A DNA stretch of 64,000 nucleotides from Anaerolineae bacterium (GTDB lineage: Bacteria > Chloroflexota > Anaerolineae > B4-G1 > DUEL01): contig JBDOIF010000171.1 in assembly GCA_041082215.1 (NCBI GenBank), forward strand, positions 1 through 64,000, given 5' to 3'. Below the pieces are notes generated by a model. That model made no database searches, was not told the origin of the DNA, and saw only the letters and a program-made list of their open reading frames with translations. Of the stretch, positions 58,564 through 64,000 are shown piece after piece. Made by a program: the position numbers and the translations under genes. The stretch's first letter is position 1; each line of letters opens with the position of its first letter.

Positions 58564-59529
58564 ATGAGAGAAAAAGCCCACTCTGGAACCGGGAAAGACC
58601 TCAGACCCGGCTCCAGGCTTGCCTTCAAAGGGATCCAGAGACTTCTCAGCTCCCGCCCCGTCACCGGTTTGGGGATGCTCTGCAGCAGGTACCTGCCGCC
58701 GCCCGTGGGGCTTGCCGTTGCGGACCTCATCGCCGGGCTGCTTGTCCGCTTCAGGCCACACGTCTACCGGGTTGTGTGGGCCAACCTGCGGCAGGTCCTC
58801 GGCCCGGAGGTAGGGGAGGAACAGCTCCACCTGACCGTGCGGCGCGTGTTTCGGGACACAGCCCGCACCTACTACGAATTATGGCATCTGGTCGCCCGCG
58901 GGGAGAAGGCGATCTCCGCCGCCGTCCATTTCCCGGCCGGGAGCCTGGCCCGTGTGGAGGAGGCTCTGCAACAGGGTCGGGGGGTGATCGTCGTCGGGAG
59001 CCACGTCGGCAATTTCGACCTGGGGATCCTGGCGCTGGCCGCCTCAGAGCCGATGCGAGGCCGGGTAGTGCAGGTGCTGGGGCTGGGGGAGGAGCCGGCC
59101 GGAGGGTTTGCCCTGATGGACCGGATGAGGACGCAGGCTGGCATCGAGATGACGCCGGTCACCGTCCCGGCCCTCCGGCAGGCTATCCGACACCTGCGAG
59201 CCGGCGGAGTGGTGCTGACGGGCGTGGACCGGCCGGTGAGGGAGACGCTTCCTGAGGTTGAGTTCTTCGGCCGGCTGGCCCCGTTGCCCACGGGTCACAT
59301 CCGGCTGGCTCTCAGGACCGATGTGCCTGTCCTTGTCGCCAACATGTACCGCACGCCCGAAGGGAGAAATGTCGCTTCCATCTGCGCGCCGCTGGAGATG
59401 ATCCGCACCGGCGATCCCGGAGAGGAATTGCAGATCAACCTGCGACGGGTGACGGAGCTTCTGGAAGCCCACATCCGCGCCTATCCGGATCAGTGGAAGA
59501 TGTTCGTCCCCGTGTGGCCGGAGCTGTAG
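58564..59529 (+). CDS. Lysophospholipid acyltransferase (LpxL/PatA-like family)
   Basis: GRGVIVVGSHVGNFD, VDRP, VEFFG..APLP.G, YPDQW.MF.PVW. Confidence 0.8.
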   Translation: MREKAHSGTGKDLRPGSRLAFKGIQRLLSSRPVTGLGMLCSRYLPPPVGLAVADLIAGLLVRFRPHVYRVVWANLRQVLGPEVGEEQLHLTVRRVFRDTARTYYELWHLVARGEKAISAAVHFPAGSLARVEEALQQGRGVIVVGSHVGNFDLGILALAASEPMRGRVVQVLGLGEEPAGGFALMDRMRTQAGIEMTPVTVPALRQAIRHLRAGGVVLTGVDRPVRETLPEVEFFGRLAPLPTGHIRLALRTDVPVLVANMYRTPEGRNVASICAPLEMIRTGDPGEELQINLRRVTELLEAHIRAYPDQWKMFVPVWPEL

Positions 59530-59544
59530 GTGTGCAAAGCTTTG

Positions 59545-59623
59545 TGCCCTCACCCCTTCCCCTGCCCCCTCCCCTCTCCCACGCGGCGGAAGAGAGGAGG
59601 GGGCTGGGGATAGGGTGAGGGCA
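59545..59623. repeat. Long C-rich/G-rich palindromic repeat between convergent genes
   Basis: TGCCCTCACCCC...CCCTCTCCC ACGCGGCG GAAGAGAGG...GGGTGAGGGCA. Confidence 0.7.
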
Positions 59624-59648
59624 TCCGCCAGTCTGCGGTCGGGCGCTC

Positions 59649-60692
59649 CTACTCCCCCTTCAGCTCCTTCAGCCGCGCCTCCCACTTGGCGTACAGCTTG
59701 TTGTAGACCGCCTCGGTGATCTCCCCCGACGCCAGCCGCAGGTCCAGATTATCCAGCATAGCCTGGACCTCCTCCACTGTCTGTGGGGTCCTGGGAGCGG
59801 CGGCCTCCTGCGGCTCGGCGGGCTGCTGAGGCTGTTTGGGCTGCATCGCCTGAGCCATCATCTGAGCCATCGTCATCCCCATCGCCGCGCCGGCCCCCAG
59901 GCCGACCCCTGCTCCGGCCAGCCCGCCGCCTCCAGGCTGCTGGGCCGCGTCTCCCATCGCGATGGCGGCCTTGTATTTGAGGTAGGCGTCCATATCGCCG
60001 ATGGCGCCCATCGCTGCCGCCTGGTCAATCGCCTTGGCCGTCTCTTCGGTGGGGCTGATGGATTCGATGTAGACGTTGGTCAGATTGATGCCGCGGGCGG
60101 CGAAGTCGTCGGCCGCCTTGGCCCGCACCCCGGCCGCCAGCTCTTCCATCATCGCCGGGATATCCAGGATGGACCGGCTCATCTCCCCCAGAAGGTCGGT
60201 CAGCTTGGTGATGATGATGCTGCGGAGGAACTTCTCGATGTCCGAAGTGCGATAGAGGCGCTGCGTGCCGACGATCTTGTTGACGAAGAGCTGAGGATCG
60301 GTGACCGCCATTCCATAGGTGCCGAAGGCCCGCAGCCGGGCCATCCGCAGGACCGGGTCGCGGATGGTGATCGGCTCCGGCGTCCCCCACTTCATATCCA
60401 GAAGCTCCCGCAGGGTGACGAAGTAGACCTCCGCCTTGAAGGGGGTCTGGCCGGAAAAAGCCTTACCGATCAGGTCCACCAGCAGGGGGATGTTGGCGGT
60501 GGTGATGGTGTGTCGGCCAGGCCCGAAGACATCCAGGGCCTTGCCGTCCCGGAAGAAGACCGCCGCCTGGCTTTCGCGGACGATCACCTGGGAACCGATG
60601 CGGAAGTCACCCGATCCCTGTTCGGGGAACCGGTAGACGATCTCCCGCCCGCTCTCGTCCATAAACTCAACAATGTCGAATACTCTTGCCAT
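59649..60692 (-). CDS. SPFH/Band 7 domain protein (YdjI-like) with SHOCT-like tail
   Basis: GSQVIVRESQ.AVF...G, FGPGRHT..T.NIP, KWGT, LRAFG, Gly-rich linker, LASGEITE..Y. Confidence 0.85.
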   Translation of the reverse strand: MARVFDIVEFMDESGREIVYRFPEQGSGDFRIGSQVIVRESQAAVFFRDGKALDVFGPGRHTITTANIPLLVDLIGKAFSGQTPFKAEVYFVTLRELLDMKWGTPEPITIRDPVLRMARLRAFGTYGMAVTDPQLFVNKIVGTQRLYRTSDIEKFLRSIIITKLTDLLGEMSRSILDIPAMMEELAAGVRAKAADDFAARGINLTNVYIESISPTEETAKAIDQAAAMGAIGDMDAYLKYKAAIAMGDAAQQPGGGGLAGAGVGLGAGAAMGMTMAQMMAQAMQPKQPQQPAEPQEAAAPRTPQTVEEVQAMLDNLDLRLASGEITEAVYNKLYAKWEARLKELKGE

Positions 60693-60707
60693 TTCGCTCC
60701 TCTCCTT

Positions 60708-60786
60708 TACGGAATACGCAATACGAAATAGTGCAAGCTGCGTATTGCGTATTCCGTATTCCGTACTCCGTATTCCTTATTCCGTG
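60708..60786. repeat. Inverted 7-nt array (TACGGAA/TCCGTAT family) abutting the SPFH gene RBS
   Basis: TACGGAA TACGCAA TACGAAA ... TGCGTAT TGCGTAT TCCGTAT TCCGTAC TCCGTAT TCCTTAT. Confidence 0.85.
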
Positions 60787-60791
60787 CCGTA

Positions 60792-61313
60792 TCATGCAGC
60801 GCCCAGGATCACCTGCTCCCGCCCATCGAAGGTGAGGTTGGCCTCGGCGCAGATGCTCAGCACCTGTCGGACCGCCTCTGCCAGTCCTTCGCCAGCGGGG
60901 ATCGAGGTCTCCAGATTGTCCAGCGCGGTCGAAAGCCGCTCAGCATACTCCAGGAGCTTGGTGTCGAAGTCGTACAGTCGGTCCAGCTCCTCCTCCCGCA
61001 CGCGCACGGCGTCGAAGAGGCCGGCATAGCCGTAGGCGGCCTTCCGCACCCGGTCAATGAAGGTCTGAAGCTTCGTCGCCGCATTCCCCATCTCATCCAG
61101 GTACTCGAACCGGCCGGCGGTGATCAACTGCCTCTGCAGGTCATCCATCCGCTGGCGCTGGGCCTCCATCTGCGTCGCCACCGTCTCGCGCAGGAGTTTG
61201 TCCGACTCCCGCCGCATTTCCTTGTCCTTGTAGCCCTTGTAGCCGGGGATCTTTCCCAGCAACTTTTCCAGCTCGGTTCGGGCCTCGCTCACGCGCTCAT
61301 ACAGGTCGCCCAT
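60792..61313 (-). CDS. Hypothetical all-helical protein
   Basis: IPGYKGY..KE.RRESDKLLR, GYAGLFD; ATG 61313 after AAAGGAG. Confidence 0.75.
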   Translation of the reverse strand: MGDLYERVSEARTELEKLLGKIPGYKGYKDKEMRRESDKLLRETVATQMEAQRQRMDDLQRQLITAGRFEYLDEMGNAATKLQTFIDRVRKAAYGYAGLFDAVRVREEELDRLYDFDTKLLEYAERLSTALDNLETSIPAGEGLAEAVRQVLSICAEANLTFDGREQVILGAA

Positions 61314-61332
61314 CACTCTTCTCCTTTCCACG

Positions 61333-61367
61333 TGACGTTTGACGTTTCACGTTTGACATTTCACGTT
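61333..61367. repeat. 7-nt tandem array upstream of an RBS
   Basis: TGACGTT TGACGTT TCACGTT TGACATT TCACGTT. Confidence 0.85.
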
Positions 61368-61384
61368 CTTGGTTCCACCCCCTA

Positions 61385-61888
61385 TCAGGCCAGGAAGATC
61401 TCAGTTTGACAGTACGGGCATCTCACAACCCCCTTCCCCGCCAGTTCCAGCGCCCCGCCACAGTGGGGGCACTTGGTGGTATCCATCCTGGCTGCATCCA
61501 CCGAGATCAGGTCGCCTTCGTCCCAGTTGATGTAGCCGGTGAAGAGGCCCTTGTTGACCAGGTCGTACACCCACGTTTTGATCTGATCCCGGCTGACGTT
61601 CAGCTCCAGCGCGGCATCGGCGACGTTGACCCGGCCCTGGGCGCGGACCATTCCCAGGAGCCGTTTCTGCTGCTGGGCGACGGCCATCTCCTTCGCCTCC
61701 TGCTGGCCACGGATGAGGAGGAAGACGCCCACAGCGACCAGAGGAACGCCGAGGATTGCGCCAAGGGCCAACCCCATGATCCTTCCCCCCATCGTCTCGG
61801 CGGAGGTGAAACTGGCCATAGCGGCCAGCACACATGCCAGCAATCCTGCAGCGATGAGAATAAGCCCAAGAATCCGTCCGGTGTTCAT
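61385..61888 (-). CDS. Two-TM protein with winged-helix-like region and C-terminal zinc ribbon
   Basis: Two hydrophobic helices, ADAALELNVSRDQI, CPHC...CPYC. Confidence 0.7.
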   Translation of the reverse strand: MNTGRILGLILIAAGLLACVLAAMASFTSAETMGGRIMGLALGAILGVPLVAVGVFLLIRGQQEAKEMAVAQQQKRLLGMVRAQGRVNVADAALELNVSRDQIKTWVYDLVNKGLFTGYINWDEGDLISVDAARMDTTKCPHCGGALELAGKGVVRCPYCQTEIFLA

Positions 61889-61913
61889 TTGCGGTTGCTC
61901 CTATTTGTTTGTT

Positions 61914-62312
61914 TCAGGAAGCCTCACCCCTCATCCTGTCGCGGACAAACTCACGAACCTGTTGTGCCAGCGCCAGCGCTTCCCGAGTTTCCTGAAGAGA
62001 TGGAAGATAGAATTCTTCTCCGTACCGAACATTCACAGCGTAATCGGTCAGCCGTTCAACCCCGGCATCAACCAGGCTTTGGAAATCCGGGTCATGCCTT
62101 CGGCAGCGGGAGAGCAGAAGCGCCAGGTTATGAGTTCTGGGGATTTCTTCGCCCCTGAAAAGCAGATAGGCTTTCAGGTATTTCTCTACACATTGCTGAA
62201 GATGGAAGCAAACAGCATCGGTAGCTGGCTCCTCCGTCGCCATCTCGTCACGGGCGATCTTGAGGTCGCTTTCTGCCTTCCGAATCCAGCTTCGAACGCC
62301 CTCCTCGCTCAT
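61914..62312 (-). CDS. HEPN domain protein
   Basis: W..KAESDL, CFHLQQCVEKYLKAYL, PRTHNL, VRY. Confidence 0.9.
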   Translation of the reverse strand: MSEEGVRSWIRKAESDLKIARDEMATEEPATDAVCFHLQQCVEKYLKAYLLFRGEEIPRTHNLALLLSRCRRHDPDFQSLVDAGVERLTDYAVNVRYGEEFYLPSLQETREALALAQQVREFVRDRMRGEAS

Positions 62313-62641
62313 ACTTCTATCCCTTCTTTCAACACATAGTAGGTCAGATAGGCAGGATTGTCTTCCCTCTCGCGCACCATCCTTTCACTTTGAATCACTA
62401 TATCGCAATCCATATCCTCTTGGGCGAGGGCCCACCGAATGCGCGAAGCTATCTTTTGCCGCTCGGGGAAGGAAAGGTCCCTATCAACGACTACATAAAA
62501 ATCCCAATCGCTATCTTGGCGGAAGTCACCCCGCGCCCGACTGCCGAAGAGCAAAACTTTCAGAACCCGAAAGCCGCTTCTCCGCCCTTCAGCATCTATG
62601 ATTTGCCTGATTCGTTTCAGCTCCTGCATCCTGCTGACCAT
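62309..62641 (-). CDS. Minimal nucleotidyltransferase (MNT)
   Basis: LLFGSRARGD...DSDWD; overlaps the HEPN start by 4 nt. Confidence 0.9.
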   Translation of the reverse strand: MVSRMQELKRIRQIIDAEGRRSGFRVLKVLLFGSRARGDFRQDSDWDFYVVVDRDLSFPERQKIASRIRWALAQEDMDCDIVIQSERMVREREDNPAYLTYYVLKEGIEV

Positions 62642-62674
62642 CAGCTGAGAATCTGTTGTGCGGCTCCCGGCAGG

Positions 62675-64000
<1,326 letters not shown>

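Overview
GC-rich bacterial chromosome segment, most likely Chloroflexota (Anaerolineae-like). This is inferred from the CpXC, DUF2298/YYY and TIGR03663 membrane proteins, adjacent gltX+glnS, minCDE-rodA and MNT-HEPN. It holds about 51 protein genes, one tRNA-Gly(CCC) and one Ile T-box. Main blocks: signalling (His kinase, CpXC, FHA-wHTH / Ser-Thr kinase); GH3, dodecin, uvrB; hypBC with a B12 radical SAM enzyme and SufR-like regulator; a GT-C/WecA envelope glycosylation cluster; gltX-glnS; minCDE-rodA; a maltodextrin ABC/GH57 operon; a 2-hydroxyacid-to-PEP operon (Ldh2, LarA, GlcF/GlcD, PEPCK, malic enzyme) interrupted by a four-helix-bundle remnant and a RAYT/REP cassette; ilvE/ileS; and an SPFH/DUF2207 operon with an MNT-HEPN pair. 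Most striking: (1) an Ile-specific T-box separated from ileS by an antisense ilvE gene with its own promoter, a candidate riboswitch-gated excludon; (2) a family of 7-nt tandem arrays that flank the four-helix-bundle gene as inverted arms, abut ribosome-binding sites at cistron junctions, and occur in frame inside membrane-protein genes; (3) an IleRS with the non-canonical GVHH signature. All family assignments come from motifs read by eye; no database search was run.
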